Positions 37,901 through 51,685 of a DNA stretch of 64,000 nucleotides are shown here, one piece after another. Below the pieces are notes generated by a model, which saw nothing but the letters and a program-made list of their open reading frames with translations, was not told where the DNA came from and ran no database searches. Source of the DNA: Bispira polyomma (lineage: Eukaryota); the NCBI GenBank assembly GCA_965649765.1, contig OZ287751.1:50840001-50904000 (forward strand). The letters are read 5' to 3'. Made by a program: the position numbers and the translations under genes. Positions within the stretch are counted from its first letter, which is position 1, and the number at the start of each line of letters is the position of its first letter.

Positions 37901-40636
37901 ATTGGGACGGGTAGTTGGAAACGCTGGAGGAAACACTGCATACAGTTGATCAAGGTTCTGCACTGAAACCAGCGGCCCACAGTAAGGAACTACCATCTTT
38001 CCCACATAGACAACTGAACCTCTTGTAACAAACCCTTAAGTATTTTCCACTTCTTTGGAGTTGGAAACACTATCCCACTGAGTAAGTTGATGCGATACCC
38101 AAGAAAATTGATCAGCTGAGTTGGCTGAAGTTCACCCAACCCATAGACTCTACTAACTGGATCATAGAACAGATTTGAACTTGACTCTTCTCAGACGATG
38201 GGGAGCAAATCAGCCAATCATCTATGTACTGATGAATCCGAATTCCCCGAGATTGCAGAATTAATTTTGTTTCCCTGACAATTCAAGTAACTCTAGAGGG
38301 ATGTCGCTATGCCAAAAAGAAGGGCCCAAAACTGATAACACTGGTTCTCGACATTTAAACGCAAAAATCATTGAGAATCCGGATAATTGGGATATGGAAG
38401 TAAGCATCAGATCTATCGAAGCTACCCACTCCCCTTGTCTCAATGAATTTTGTATAACCTCTGCTGTTTCCATTTTTAATGTTGGGAAATACAAATTCTG
38501 GTTTAGAAATCTATCACTGGGCGCCATTTGCTGTTTGGTTTTAGTACAAGGAATAAATGACTGTAGAAACCTCGATCTGTGCTGAACTCTATTGAACCAA
38601 TAGCCCCTTTTTGCAGCATTTGCTGAACACACGTTTCTAACGCCATTTACTTTTCTTTGTTGACATAACCGCTGAGAATTGTTGGAAACCGAGACAACGG
38701 GACTCTCGTTTGTAGGCGTATTCGGTACCCGCATTTTAGAGTCAGTACAACTAGAGGATGGCGCCTTAACTTCTCCCACACCTGCCAAAATCCTTGCAAG
38801 CGGCCCCCATGTCTTCTGTCGTTGTTACTTCCTTCTACCCCTTCCACCTTGGCTGGCCTGGGAAGACTGGAAGCTGGCAGACTTCGTATTGAAGCTTTGC
38901 CAACGAAAAGAAGACTGCCTCTGGCCCGGTGGATTCTGATGTCGAGTTGCAGAAGGCTGGTTAAACTGCTTAAAATTAGACTTAGTCTCATATTTCTGTC
39001 TATTAGGGCTGCTTCGAGACCTGTCCTTAGCCAGTGTTTTTTCCACTTAATTAAGAGTACTGAAAAAACCCTTTTCTAAATAAATCCGTTTGATGGTGGT
39101 GGTCACCAATCTGCAGATTGCTTGCCTTGAGAATGCTATCTCTCCTAAACAATTGTAAGTTGCAGGCCATAGCAATGCTTGTGTCTACAATGGTTTCCAA
39201 AACCTTGTCTATAGACCCAAGGCAAGTCTGTGCAATCTGTAGGTTGTTTGAAGCTCCCTCTACTTCAGACTTTTGGCTGTCAGATACACTCTCTCCCAAA
39301 CCTGACAAGAAAGACTCTACCTCTGACATAGACTTGTCTATTGCTCTAATGAATTGACAAACAAATGACAACAATAGACATTCTCTCTGAATAGTGTTTC
39401 CATAGACAAAATCTGCTTCCCTGGGATGTAATAGTTGGTAGGAAGATTAACCGACTTCGACAACGACTTGAAAGCCTCTTGACACTTAGGGGCAGTAACA
39501 GCAAACGTATTCCCTGAGGAATTGTAAAACCTCATTTTTGGCCTCTTATAGGTAAAAAATTCGCCTTTGTTGAGAGGGGTGGATGCTAGGACTTCTGGAG
39601 AGTTCACATCTGGACGACCACCAGCAACTGCTTCATTAGTGACTCCATCTCTGAAGAACTTCTTCAACTACAGCAAGTGACATTGGCAGCAGTGAAGATT
39701 TCTTTAGCCTGGTTGGGCCAATAATTCTTGCTGGTTGGGCTACATCCTCTAACACTGTCTCAAGCCCAAGCACATGCCTAATCGTCGCTATCATCTGTCT
39801 GTAGGGAGGATCTTCTTCGTCTACTACCTCCTCAACTTTATACACGTCCATCTTTGCAGGGGAAAGCGAACGAGCCCTCTTCCTAGACGAACCCTCAGAA
39901 CTGGAGCCAGAGACAACATCGCCTTCTTTGGGTGTGTGTACCCCTGCAACCTGACTTCTCTCCACACCAGCAAGGCAGCTACTTATTTAGGAGAGCTGTG
40001 CAAAAATCTGCTGTAAAGGATCCGAAGACGAGCCAGGGAGAACAGCGAAAGGACTGTCCAGACGACTGACTCCCATCTTCTGCAAGTAGGTGATCCTCCA
40101 GCAACCTTTCTTTCTTCTTTATCTTAGTAAGAGCAAGTTCCAATCTTTTCCTGTCCTCTGAAGAGAGAGCTAGGCAAATAAAACAGTCTTCCGGAGATTC
40201 TGCCACACCTACATCGTCACCTATATTCGCAGCACGACATGGCAAGCAGTACTTGTAAGTATCAAAATCATAAGCTGGGTGACCACATTCTGGGGCTTAC
40301 GCTGCTTCTGTGGAGTTTTTCCTTGAATAACTTGCTTTTTTGCCATCACTACTCACAAAGTCCTCCAAAAAATTTAGTTAAAAAAATAACGGCCGAAAAA
40401 ACAAAAGCATCGAGGTGCTCGCGACTGCGACCAAATGAAGACTAAGGGTTTCTCTCGTTCTACGAGATTTGGGTTACTTCTGGCCATGCGCAGTGAGGAT
40501 TGTAGAGGAAATTTAAAATAAAATCACAAGAATAGTCTTTGAAAAAAAGACTAAAGGATTTTTTGGTCGGCATTGAGGCAAACTAAATGAAATAGTGTTA
40601 GTGGGGATAAGGTACAACGGTATTTATCGCAATAAA
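34976..40636 (-). mobile_element. DIRS1-type retrotransposon (gag, RT, RNase H, Dam-like methyltransferase, tyrosine recombinase), degenerate
   Basis: Gag-like ORF with an N-terminal Cys cluster. RT: KMET..GEWVASIDL, HQYIDDWLI. RNase H: FTDASSTGWGAH, ELKAV, TDNVSVVAYLNKQGG. MT: DLFAT..YAFCP. YR: CPVRSL, AHDLRS. 50-bp ITR pair 34983-35032 / 40431-40480 (48/50) and an ICR at ~35190-35283. Confidence 0.92.
37854..38013 (-). mobile_element. 5'-truncated SINE of the same family, inserted in the DIRS RT
   Basis: Matches the 3' part of 31431-31682. 14-bp TSD CTGAACCTCTTGTA at 37840-53 and 38014-27. Confidence 0.9.
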
Positions 40637-41210
40637 AATAAATCTTATAATACAGAATATGTTTATTTTAAGATAAAATTGTTGTGGCTTGTAGACAGTG
40701 CGGCAAATTGTTTGCAAACAGGTATCAAACAGAACGAAGAAAAAATATAAAATTCAAGCAAAGAAAATATATTATGTGTTTTGTTTGAGAAAAAACTTCC
40801 TTAAAACATAAAAAAACACCCAAAGGAATGAAAGTGTATTCATCTAGAACCTATAATTATCAAGAACTTAACACGTCTGTGGTCACTGATTTACACAAAA
40901 ACACTTCAAAGACCAGCACAAATCTTGTTTTGCAGACAAGAAAGTTTAGGTGCTAAAACTAACGCCCAAGGAAAAACTGTGACTTTGGCTGTGAGACTCA
41001 TAGAGGGTGATTATTCAACATTGCTAGGGAGATATGGGGTCTCGGCCACATGTTCCATGGAGAGAATGGGACTGTGCACCACCATGGCTATAGAAATCAT
41101 CTTGAAAATTTTTGAGACAGATGAGCACAGCTAGGTATTATGCATCAATGAAACCGTATTCCTATCTCCCTACTTAATTAAAAACAGATGCTATGTATAA
41201 TTTAAAATTT

Positions 41211-41462
41211 GAAGACTGGATGCTATGGTTACATGCAGCAACTAAGATCCAACAGCAACCTCCCACCTCAGACATCGTGGGTTCAAATCTCGGCCAAGGC
41301 TCTGTGGGAAAGTTGGTAGTAAGTTGCCCATGCCGGTGGTTTACAGTGCAGAATCTTGACCAACTATAGTATTCACTGTTTTACCCAACCAGTTAAACTG
41401 CCTGCTATCGTATGACCTATACAAGGTGTTGAAATGGCGACGTTAAACTCCATCAATCAAAA
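41211..41462 (+). mobile_element. Older related tRNA-derived SINE
   Basis: B box GGTTCAAATCT. Shares the core TGTGGGAAAG.TGGTAGT..GGTGGTTT..TGCAGAA.CTTGACC and the tail GACGTTAAA with the other SINEs. Confidence 0.7.
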
Positions 41463-43524
41463 TTCATCAGTAATGAGATGAACATTACTTTGGATTTTAA
41501 GCAAACTGTAGCTCTTCTTGATCTCTTTTCTCAGCACTTTTGATATGGAAAAATCACCAAAACTTGGCTAGTTATCTGAAAATGAACTTCATATTGCATC
41601 TTAAAATAGCTTGCTGAGGTTAAAATTGCTTAAACAAATCCTATAATTAAGCAATCTCATCAAGCATTACAAAATCTGAATCTATGGATATCACCTTGGA
41701 GGTATATGTAGAAACCAGCTGAGAATTAAATAATGATCCATGTGTACTGAGCTGCTTTTGCAAAATGCCATCTTCTAAAGGTAATGATTTATTCTAGGTG
41801 TTTGCATTGCTGTCAATTATAAACACATTTGCCCTGTATCAGACATGTTTTGGTCAAGTGTCCATGTTCTGTCACTATATTTTCATCAGTTGCTATGTAA
41901 AAGTGCAGGTTTTTGGTGGTTGCAAATATTACTGAATTAATTAGGGTGACTCTAAAGTTATTAAACTTTTTCCCTTTGTAAACATGTGGATGGTTTCATC
42001 ATGCTAGACGGTGGTAGGTTGAGTTGAATATTCTTTTTGACCAGTGTATATCTTGTTTATGATGGTACTATTTCTTATCACAAGACTAGTGAAATCTGCC
42101 TTTTGTGAATCAAATACCAGCACAGGCATATTAAAACACATTTATTATAGAGGATTTGTGCCTTCTTGTGGGTTTAATATCTATTTGATATGAATTAACA
42201 CTCCCTTAGTTCAAACTTCTGTGTACATATTTATATACAAATAATGCACCCCTATTGTTTACATTTACACTATAATATAAATATAAAACACCCCTTTTAC
42301 AAGAAGTATTTTTTTTCCATTCCTAATGGGAGACTTGGGATTTTAACAATAAAATTAAGTTTGATTAGATTGGACTGGATTACATTTGAGGACAGATTGA
42401 GACTTTAAAAATAGGCTTCTTTAAAAACCCAAGTGAAAGGTGCAGTAAATGTATATATTATATCTTCAACATCTTTGATGCACATTAGCTTTGGTGTTGA
42501 AGGGGTTTTGGTCTCCAACACTGCCATAAAGTCCACATCCAAAATGAAAATGGTTGTCATTGGTACAGTTTTTGTGAGATGCTAGACAAAACCTCACCAG
42601 TTTAAAATCTTGTAAGGAAAACAATTCATCCAAATTTGGTAACAAAAATCAATCTTGAGATGCAATAGCAAAATTACTGATGGGTCTGAAGGTGTGAGAT
42701 GTCAACTATAATATGTATTACAATAATAAGAAATATTGATGAAAAAGTATGTTTTATTTTTTTTTTAAATATAGGTCATCATGTTATGAAGACTACAATA
42801 AGTATGTAATGGTGGAATAATGAAATGGTCATAAACTGGTCATGTCTACATTAAAAATGCCACTGACTAACAGTACTACAAACATAAGGTAACAACAACA
42901 AATCATAAACAACTACAAGTAATACTGTAGAACATTTCTGGCTTCAATCAAGAAATCCTTAAACTGATATACATTTTTACTTCTTACAAAGTATCTCACT
43001 CTTGTGAACATTAACAAAAATGATAAAGCATTAACAAGGAATAAAATATTAGCAGACTTAAATAATAATATGAAGCTCCCCAACCTCAGTAAGAAGCCCA
43101 TACTGGTAGACTTTAAGTTTATATTCCTTCACAGACTTAAATATTGATTGAAAACCAGAAGATGAAGGTAACCAAATCATGCAAATATTGAGTGTAATTT
43201 GAAATCCTGGTGATCTTTTATGTCTTAACCATAATGCAGATATAGTTTTACAACTGAATTCTCATTCTTGAACTGTACTATTGCACAGCTGTCCAATAGA
43301 TTTCAACTTTTGAACAACATTTTAAAGTATTTGCCTTTAAAAGGAATATTTCTGGGGTGTATTTTGTCCAGAAGATCTACATTGTGTCGAACAAAGATAC
43401 AAATACTTCCCTTTTCTGGATCACACAAGCATTCTTTTTACATAAGTTGTACAATATTATGTGTTTTAACAATTTATTAACAGTGCTGTAGTGCTTTATT
43501 ATTGAACATAGTATTGCATTAAGA

Positions 43525-43914
43525 AAGAGTATTAAGGCCAGTTATAGAAAATAAAATTTTCTATTTGTTGAAATAATATCCCGATTAATCTATTTAGTAT
43601 CTCGATTAATCAACTTAGCATCTTTTATTGAAATATCTCAATTTATTAACCTAATATTTCAATTTATTGCCTTAGTAAGTCAATTAATAAAGATAATAAG
43701 CCCATTCATCTCGATTTGTTGCCTTAGTAAGTCATATAATCAAGATTATAAGCAGATTCATCTCGATTTATTGCCTTAGTTAATCAATTAATCAAGATAA
43801 TATGCTGATTAATCAAGATACTAAGTCGATAATTTAAGATAACAAGTTGATTAATACAGACACTATCTCAACAAATAGAAAACTTTATTATCTATAGCTT
43901 GCCCCAATACTCTT
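43525..43914. mobile_element. MITE with ~47-bp imperfect TIRs and internal ~21-bp repeats
   Basis: AAGAGTATTAAGGCCAGTTATAGAAAATAAAATTTTCTATTTGTTGA matches the reverse complement of 43868-43914; internal ATCTCGATTAATC-type repeats. Confidence 0.75.
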
Positions 43915-44837
43915 CAGCAATTACATACTTGAATAGAATTTATTTAATGTTTTTTTCCTGTAATATCAATACAAAATCTTTACTGTTTTACAGAGAAGTA
44001 TGATATACCGAAAAACCTATACAGAGAAAATATTTAATCTGACGTATTTGTCTCTGTTGCATAATCTCAAAACAGGTTGTCTTTCTTTTCATGCGTCTTT
44101 TGCCAGGATGGTGGTGTTTTTTTTTTGAGAATCGATCTAAACACACTAAACTAGTATTTCAGGAAAAGTCATTTGAACATTATACTAAAATTTCATACTG
44201 GCAGTAGTTCATGTTACCAATGTGTGAAAATTGCATGTTTTACATTAGGATTGGAAGCACACTTTACACCGGAACTATAAAATAGATAACAAGCTTTAGC
44301 CTTAACAAACCAACAAAACAATAAAAAGCTAGTCACATACCATAATCCATGTAACAGTTTGAGACTACAAGTATATTTCACTACTCATCTATTTTACTCT
44401 TCTGGTTTATGTTGTATGAAATAACATGTTTGTATAGTTTAATGCAATATGTCAACATTTCACACTTTCTAAACTCAAACCATCTTATTCCTATACATTG
44501 CAAGCCTTCAAATCTGACTTTTATGCGACTATTTTATCCACCCATGATAAAAAAACCTTTGATAAACAAGACATCTTCCTTTACAAAGGATACAACAGTT
44601 GCCACCAGTCTAAACATACCATCTGAACATTTCTCCACAGACCATTATAAACAGAACCTTGCACGTGATCCATGCCAGATTTTTTTTTCATTAATATGAT
44701 TGAGCACTTCTATAGCACCCCTTTATAAATTATGATTCTCCAAATGGGATAATCCTACAACAGAGCATTGGTCATCATTAGTGGGCAATGGCGTGTTTAC
44801 ATCTTGTCAAAGGATTATATCCCTAAAAGAACCTAGT

Positions 44838-44978
44838 GACTTTCTGATTACCAGATCAACTCCTACAACCAAGGATTGAACCTGAAGCTTTCTGATTACC
44901 AGACCAACTCCTACCACCAAGGATTGAACCTGGGGCTTTCTGATTACCAGACCAACTCCCTAACCACAAGACCAAGGG
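44838..44978 (-). repeat. ~48-bp tandem repeat (3 copies) of a tRNA-like SINE head
   Basis: CTTTCTGATTACCAGA x3. Minus strand reads TGGTCTTGTGGTTAG..CTGGTAATCAG..GGTTCAATCC. Confidence 0.6.
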
Positions 44979-45108
44979 AGATTTTTTTGATGAAACATCA
45001 AAACTTATCATCCAGTCTGAGCATGTTACATTTTTTTTTTACTCTGTACAAAATACTCACACCTGCTACTTTATACACACTTCAGCACATATCCCTTCCT
45101 GATCTCCA

Positions 45109-45632
45109 TCAAACCATCCCATTTTCAGAGATGCCAAGCTTGCGCTGTAGGTCTTCCGTTGTTTTGCGTATTTGTCTTTCCATGGCGACCATATTCTTGA
45201 CATCCTGTTCAAAGTCTAGCACACACTGTGGTTTGGTGATGTTCACCCTCATAGCCTTGGCCAACCTCACCTCTCTTTCCACTTCCTTCATGTCCACACC
45301 CAGCTTAGTAAACGCTGAGTCATCATAGACCAACTTCTCCACCTCTTCTTCTGAATCACTCCATGGTCCAAGGTCATGGCCATTCGGTTGACCTTGACCT
45401 ACCTCTTGTTCTTCTTCTTCCTCGTCTTCATTGGAGTTATTATGCTCGTAACGACTCATCCCCGAGGTTTTTGGTGGTCTTTGGCCCGCAGCTGCAGACT
45501 TTGCGGAAGAGTTCATTTTTTTGCCACTGGGTGGCCTTTTGATCATTTGACCCGTACTCTTGGGCCTGGACACTACAGCAGACACAGGTCTTGTGGTCTC
45601 ATACTTCAGCGGTCGTTCTCCATGGCCATAGA
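45109..45632 (-). CDS. Unidentified multi-exon protein, last exon (RPxS-rich, acidic tract, C-terminal coiled coil)
   Basis: Acceptor tttttAG; phase 1 joins the upstream exon; open to the stop (..ERQIRKTTEDLQRKLGISENGMV*); GC-richer than the flanks. Confidence 0.85.
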
Positions 45633-46345
45633 CTAAAAACAAAGAACAAAACATTGATCATTGTCTGGCCCCAATTCTTTAAACAACTAAAGCTCTAACT
45701 CAAGACTCGACTCGAAAGAAGGCTAAGGTATGTGGAAGAGTATCTGTTCAAATATGCAGTGACATTTTACTAAGCTTCAATCTAGTCAGCAATAAGTGTA
45801 CCCTAGGTGTGACTTTGAGCCTTGGTTGAATCTAACAGTGGTTGTACTGTATTTACTCTTTGTCTTGTCTAAGTACTGTCGAACCTCTATAATTCAAAAT
45901 TCTATTATAATATATGAATTTTTACTCTGCTTAAATTTGACTTCCCTGTTGCTTGATTGTAAATTATATTTCTTGTTTTCTTCCTCTACCGTGATTCTAC
46001 AGTATTTAAAACGGGCATTTTTGATCATTTACTGCCAATACATGGCAACATGTACTTGTATACCTAGAGAATGATATTGACCAAAAACAGGCGACCACAA
46101 TGTAATTATTTTCATCCCCAGGAATTCATAATGCCCGGTTCAATTAAATAACATTTTACTGGAGATATATGTGTGCATTATGGAAACCTTTCTGACCACG
46201 GTAGATTCTTAATAAAATAAAATGTCAATGTCACAGTCATGATCATTGTTTAAACTTTCATCTGCTAAAGAATACAATTGAATTATTTTTAAGTAATTAA
46301 GAGATACAGACAAACCTCTATTATCCAAATTTCTATCATCTGAAT

Positions 46346-46721
46346 TAGTGGGTAAATCGTTTAGGCTGATGGACTTCGATGTCAAGTGTAAAATTACTTC
46401 AATATCGGCCGATATCAGGACATACCAACAAAGTTTAAAGAAGCTGGTTTGTGTCTTTAAAACGGAAAAAAAACTGCCCAAACATAACCGGAAGTGCCAA
46501 CCGCTAAATATGTTTACAAGTAAATATGGACTTCAAATAGATATCATTCATTATTTTAAAGGTATTACCCTTAAGAAATCAATAAAATTGTTCAATGAAT
46601 GTTGTTCCGAGACGTAATATGTGTCATTTATGATATTGATGTGATTTATTATGCATCGATATCCGCACGCAAAAGCCCAAACAATAAATATGCGCGATAT
46701 TGATCATCAATTTACCCACTA
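46346..46721. mobile_element. hAT-type MITE (376 bp), inserted in a pogo-like MITE fragment
   Basis: TIR TAGTGGGTAAAT / ATTTACCCACTA; perfect 8-bp TSD ATCTGAAT (46338-45, 46722-29). Confidence 0.88.
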
Positions 46722-46823
46722 ATCTGAATGCATATTATATATTTCATTTTATGATGTATTATTTATTCCCCCAGCATTATGTTTTCCTATCGTTTTACAC
46801 TAAGACGACTCTTCTATCTATAA

Positions 46824-46983
46824 TGTGGCCTTGTGGGTAATACACTCACTCTGGAATGCAAAGAACCTTAGCTCGATCCCTGTCTGGTGAGACTTGGTAC
46901 AGATACATAGTGGCTCAGATGACGACATCGTGGCCCTTATCACTGGATCCTAACCCCAGCACCAGGCTAATGTAGCTCAGGGA
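46824..46983 (+). mobile_element. Degenerate tRNA-derived SINE
   Basis: A-box-like TGGCCTTGTGG and B-box-like AGCTCGATCC at tRNA spacing. Confidence 0.45.
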
Positions 46984-46994
46984 GACACACATAC

Positions 46995-47115
46995 CTGCAC
47001 TTTTGGGCCTTGCCCTCATACTATCGAAGTGTCTCTGGTCTTTAGAACTGGGAGGTCTCTTCCTGAATACTGAATTACCAGGTCCTAGAGCATTCTCAGT
47101 ATCATACAAGCCATT
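46995..47115 (-). CDS. Unidentified gene, penultimate exon
   Basis: Acceptor tttgtttcAG, 121 nt encoding NGLYDTENALGPG..RARPKSA, donor GTATGT; phase 0 to 1 matches the last exon. Confidence 0.82.
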
Positions 47116-49103
47116 CTGAAACAAAGCGGATCAAATTACATACTGAATACAGAGTTACCAGGCCTTCCTTAGAACATTCTCATGATCATTCAAGCCAATC
47201 TGAAACAAACAGGATCAAATTACATCCTGAACAGAGTTACCAGTCCTTAGAACATTCCCATCATCGTACAAAACATTGGTAAACAAACAGCATTTAGAGT
47301 AAACCCCTCTATTATCTAAACCTTCTCTGATCTGAATATTGGATTTTATGAACTTAACTCAATTTCACTCTTCCTAATTTAAAAGGTGTTGGGATAATAT
47401 TGGTTCTCTAATGAAAATATTGTAGCATCAATAAGCCACTTACCTACCTTCAGTTGTATTTACATATATATCTTGCAAATGTAGGCTTGATATTGGTTTA
47501 TGAGTAATGACACTTTACCCAACTTCTTTTAAAACATTTTTATTGAGTACCTTCTGAATGGATATCATATTGCATTATGGAGCACCTTAAACTATACAGA
47601 CACACACCATAGAAAGAATGATATCAATTCTCAATTTAATACCAGTTTTCTTTGTTGAAAGCTCAACTTTAAAGCTAAAGATATTGGCAACCTGTCAACA
47701 ATGTGATTTAAACTAAAATGCTTTTATCTTGGCTGCAAAAGCGTTTCTAATGACTGAAGAATTTCTTTCAATGTGTACATTCTCATTTTGAAATGACAGA
47801 TTGACAATGTATTGTGCCTAGTTTTACACACAGAGTGCAATAGAGTTACAGCTGCTGTATTACACTTAGAAAGGTTTTAATTTAAGACAGCATATTTAAG
47901 ACTGCCCTATATCAGTTTCAGTATGAAGAACACAGTTAATATTTTGTCTACAAAACTCTCACAGGGAAAATTTTAAAAACAAGGATGGTAGTCATTAGCT
48001 TAGTGTCTTAAACCTAATATTTTGGTAGGAACATTAGTCCAAAAAGGTAGAGACTTCAGTCTTTATCCTCCATCCTGTGTACATGCAGTTCAAAGTCCTA
48101 GGGAATGTTCAAAGTTCATATTTGTTTTCACTATTCGAACTTAATCTGGTCTATGGTATGTTTTTATGCTTGGTGACGTTTCGCAAGGTCAGCATATTCC
48201 TGAATTGAAAAATAATAGGCAAGTTTGTCCTGTACATGTACATATCTAGTTATCTGCCTGTATGTGTATTAAAAGCTCCAATTAAATTTTTGAAGGTCAC
48301 ATGCTTGTTAAGGTTTCAGAATGATTTAATAAATTTTTGAGGACCCATGAGGTACCGAGTACCCCACATTTGAGAACCCTAATGCAAACAGTGAGGCAGT
48401 TTTAATTATATTAATCCAAAACTTTACATTGGAGACTAAAATGTTTGACACATTTTTGTGACTACTAGGAGCCATATTCACAAAACATTTTAAGACTGTA
48501 ATTCTTGGAATTTTTTTAGTTTTAGTCAATCAGATTTCTTCAGACATTTTGACCAGCCAATCAAATTTAATGATACAAAAATTTAAGAGTAAGAATCTTT
48601 GGAAATAAGAGCCCAGGTCTTTTGATGGAAGTGGGTCTTACTAAAGTGAATCTACTTCAAGGAACTTTGATTGAGTGATCTCCATAGAGAGCTCGGCTCA
48701 TATTCTGCAGAAACCTCTAACTCAGACTCGACTCAAACCAAAGCTATGTGGAAATCCTTCCATGTTAAAATAACCTACACTTGTAATGATTTATCTTAAA
48801 GGAGCTTCCAGCATCAAATTAATTATGCACTCAACATTTATTTTACTTCACTCCAGCCAGATATGTGGACCTTAGCTATTTGAACTTCAATTGGAGTTGA
48901 ATTGATATTTATTTTAAAATATGGCCACTAATCTGTTTTAAGAAGAGGTAACCCACCTAATTGTTTGTCTGAATCGAAATTTGAACATACACAAACATGC
49001 ATAGTTTTGTCCTGCTTTTAGACAAATAAGTACCTACAACTATATGTACAGTTGTACCGTATTTAGAATGTCTTGTGACACCACCACCTACTTGCAGTAC
49101 ATT

Positions 49104-50640
49104 AACTAGGAAACGGTTTTTGATAACAAAAACGAAGCGTCCCTAAAGTTGAAATAATAATGAAATTGTTTAGTGTACAAGGTTTGATATTGTTTAAAAG
49201 TTGACATATAAGCAGAATCAGCATTTTTGGTCGAATATAAGCTCGAAATCGCTCTATCTAGCACTGTTTCCGAGATAACGAACATTTTTGTAAAAGTCGC
49301 AGAAATTCAAGATGGCCGCCAAAATCAAACATTTTTTTAAAAGTTTACATCTAAGCAAAATCAACTCTGTGGGTCGAAAATGAGCTTGACATTGCTCTAT
49401 CTAGCAGTGTTTCCGAAATAACGGATATTTTCAAAAAAGACGCAGAAATTCAAGCTGGCCGCTAAAATTGAAAATTTTTTGAAACTTTACATATAAGCGA
49501 AATCAACCCTGACAATGAGCTTGAAATTGCTCTATCTAGCACCGTTTCCGAGATAACGGACATTTTCGAAAAAGACGCAGAAATTCAAGATGGCCGCCAA
49601 AATTGAAATTTTTTAGAAGGTTTACATATAACAAAATCAACCCTGTAGGGCAAAAATGAGCTCAAAATCGCTCTATCTAGCACCGTTTCCGAGATAATGG
49701 ACGTTTAAAAAAAAAATGAATTTTTAAAATTTTTGAAACTGAAATCGTTTGATATCAGTAACGATCGCATATTTTTGGGTCGGATAAATATAAATAAAAG
49801 TTCAGGCTATTCTTTAAAAGTTACGCGCTGCATGTACTGGTCTACAATTAAAAATAAAAGAAAAATCCTCACACACTCAAAAAAGCACCCATCAACACCT
49901 TTTTTTCCCATTTTGTATTCTTGATCAACCCTGTCAATCAGTCAATTATCACCAGATTGATCTAAAAATTTACGGACATCTATGCTTTGGTATTTGCAAT
50001 GTGCAAGCCAAATTTCATTGAACTATGACAAGTACTTCAAAGAAAAGTTGATAAAAGTGCAAGATAGAGCAAAATAGAGTAAAATACTCATTTGAAGTAC
50101 TCAGTACCCATTGAGTACTGGACTAAGAACTGAGATTTTTACCTGATACATAAAATCAAAAAGTAGATGAATAACTTATACCAAGAAAAAGCCGAAATCC
50201 CAATAGTTTCCGAGACAGCAAAAAAGTACAGATTTTTCGCATTTTAAAAAAATTCAATCGGTTGGCAATCGGTCAATTATCATCCGATTAATCTCATCAG
50301 CGTCTCCTGTCCTGAAAATTGCCTTACCAAGGTACATACCAAATTTAATTGAGCTATGATAAATACTTTCTGAGAAAACCTAGTGACAAGCACTTTTACA
50401 CCCCCAGGGTCACCTGATATTAAAGTAGGCCAAAGTTCAAAGCCAAGAATTTGAAAACATTTTCCCACTCCTGGTTAAGAGAACTGGTAAAAATAATTTT
50501 GATGCAGATAATATTAAAGGAGATATTTAAGGAAGACCATGCGGCGGTGGCGGCACAGGCGACGGCGGCGGCACAGGCGGTGGCAGCGAGGAAACCAGGG
50601 GTGAAACTAAATAAGCACCCTTTTCAAGGGACGGTTAAAT
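49104..50640. mobile_element. Helentron-associated non-autonomous element (HINE/DINE-1-like)
   Basis: AACTAG start and a short inverted repeat (GTTTTTG..CAAAAAC). Subterminal repeat AAGCGTCCC is mirrored by GGGACGGTT at the far end, next to a CCCT..AGGG hairpin. Four ~140-bp internal repeats and a (GGC)-type microsatellite near the end. Confidence 0.7.
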
Positions 50641-51577
50641 AAAGTCAAACAAACAACGTAGGTTTAACACAATGTTCTACTTCGTTCAGTCGAGAGGGCT
50701 CCAAAGGTTTTGTACAAACTATGTAAGCTTCAAAGTATTAAGTGATTCCTGGGACTATGTCCGATAAAAAAGTTCTCAAGCACAACTCAAACTCAAATAA
50801 AGGCTTTGTGGAAGTCCTTGCATACAGAAATAACCTTTAATCATTGATTTTAATAAAGCATTCAGCACTGAATTCAAATAACTTCAATCTTATTTCACCA
50901 CAATAAGCCAACCTCAAATAGTCTGTCAAATATTTTAGAACTATTTTAGAACTATAAATCTTTCCGATCAAGTGACTTTGCAAAAATACCTTAATTTCTC
51001 TCAGTACTGCATTTCAAGATCCTTTGATAACTGACTTCTGAGATATAGACCTAAGAATGCTTTTAAGGTCACATTCACAAATATAAGGTCAAACAAACCT
51101 GACTTTTAATTTTTTTTTTTTTGTACAAAACATGAACGTTCCCTCAGAAGACTGGAAGTCAGTGGAAAATATTTAAGGCAAGGTCAAAACTTGGGAGACA
51201 CCTTAACATGAATATAGGTAGGATAAAGTAACTATTTTTGACAAGACATAACTGACAATAAGAATGGAGAAGGGTAATTTCAGTAAAGGTTTATTACTCC
51301 AAGGTTATAACACGAGAAAGTTAGGCCTGAATGAAGCCCATCTACAACCTTAACAAATTTAATATAAACTTCCTGTGACAAGTAGTTCCTGACATTTTTA
51401 GGTCAAGGTCAATACTACAAGGTCCGGTCTAGACAAGAAAAAGACTTGGCCACCCTACCATTCTACATGGGAAATGAATATCTTCATAACTATTAATGGC
51501 TGTGGGATAAAAATGCCAGTTCTCTGACAACTAAGGAATGTACAGTGAGTAAAAGAAGTGCCAAACACAAAACATAC

Positions 51578-51685
51578 AACAGTGTATCTGTCCGGATGAT
51601 CGTATGGAACTCTGTACTTGGTGCGCGGTCTCTTCTCCATTTTATCACTCTGTTTGTCAGCCATCTTGTATAAACTGCCACTTAT
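51578..51685 (-). CDS. Unidentified gene, symmetric 108-nt exon (possibly a cassette exon)
   Basis: Acceptor ctttcAG, encodes ISGSLYKMADKQ..PYDHPDRYTV, donor GTATGT; phase 0-0. Confidence 0.65.

Noticed and set aside
48171-48205. CGAAACGTC on the minus strand (Penelope-type hammerhead half)
   Set aside because: The upstream core reads CTGACC rather than CUGANGA and stem II is missing.
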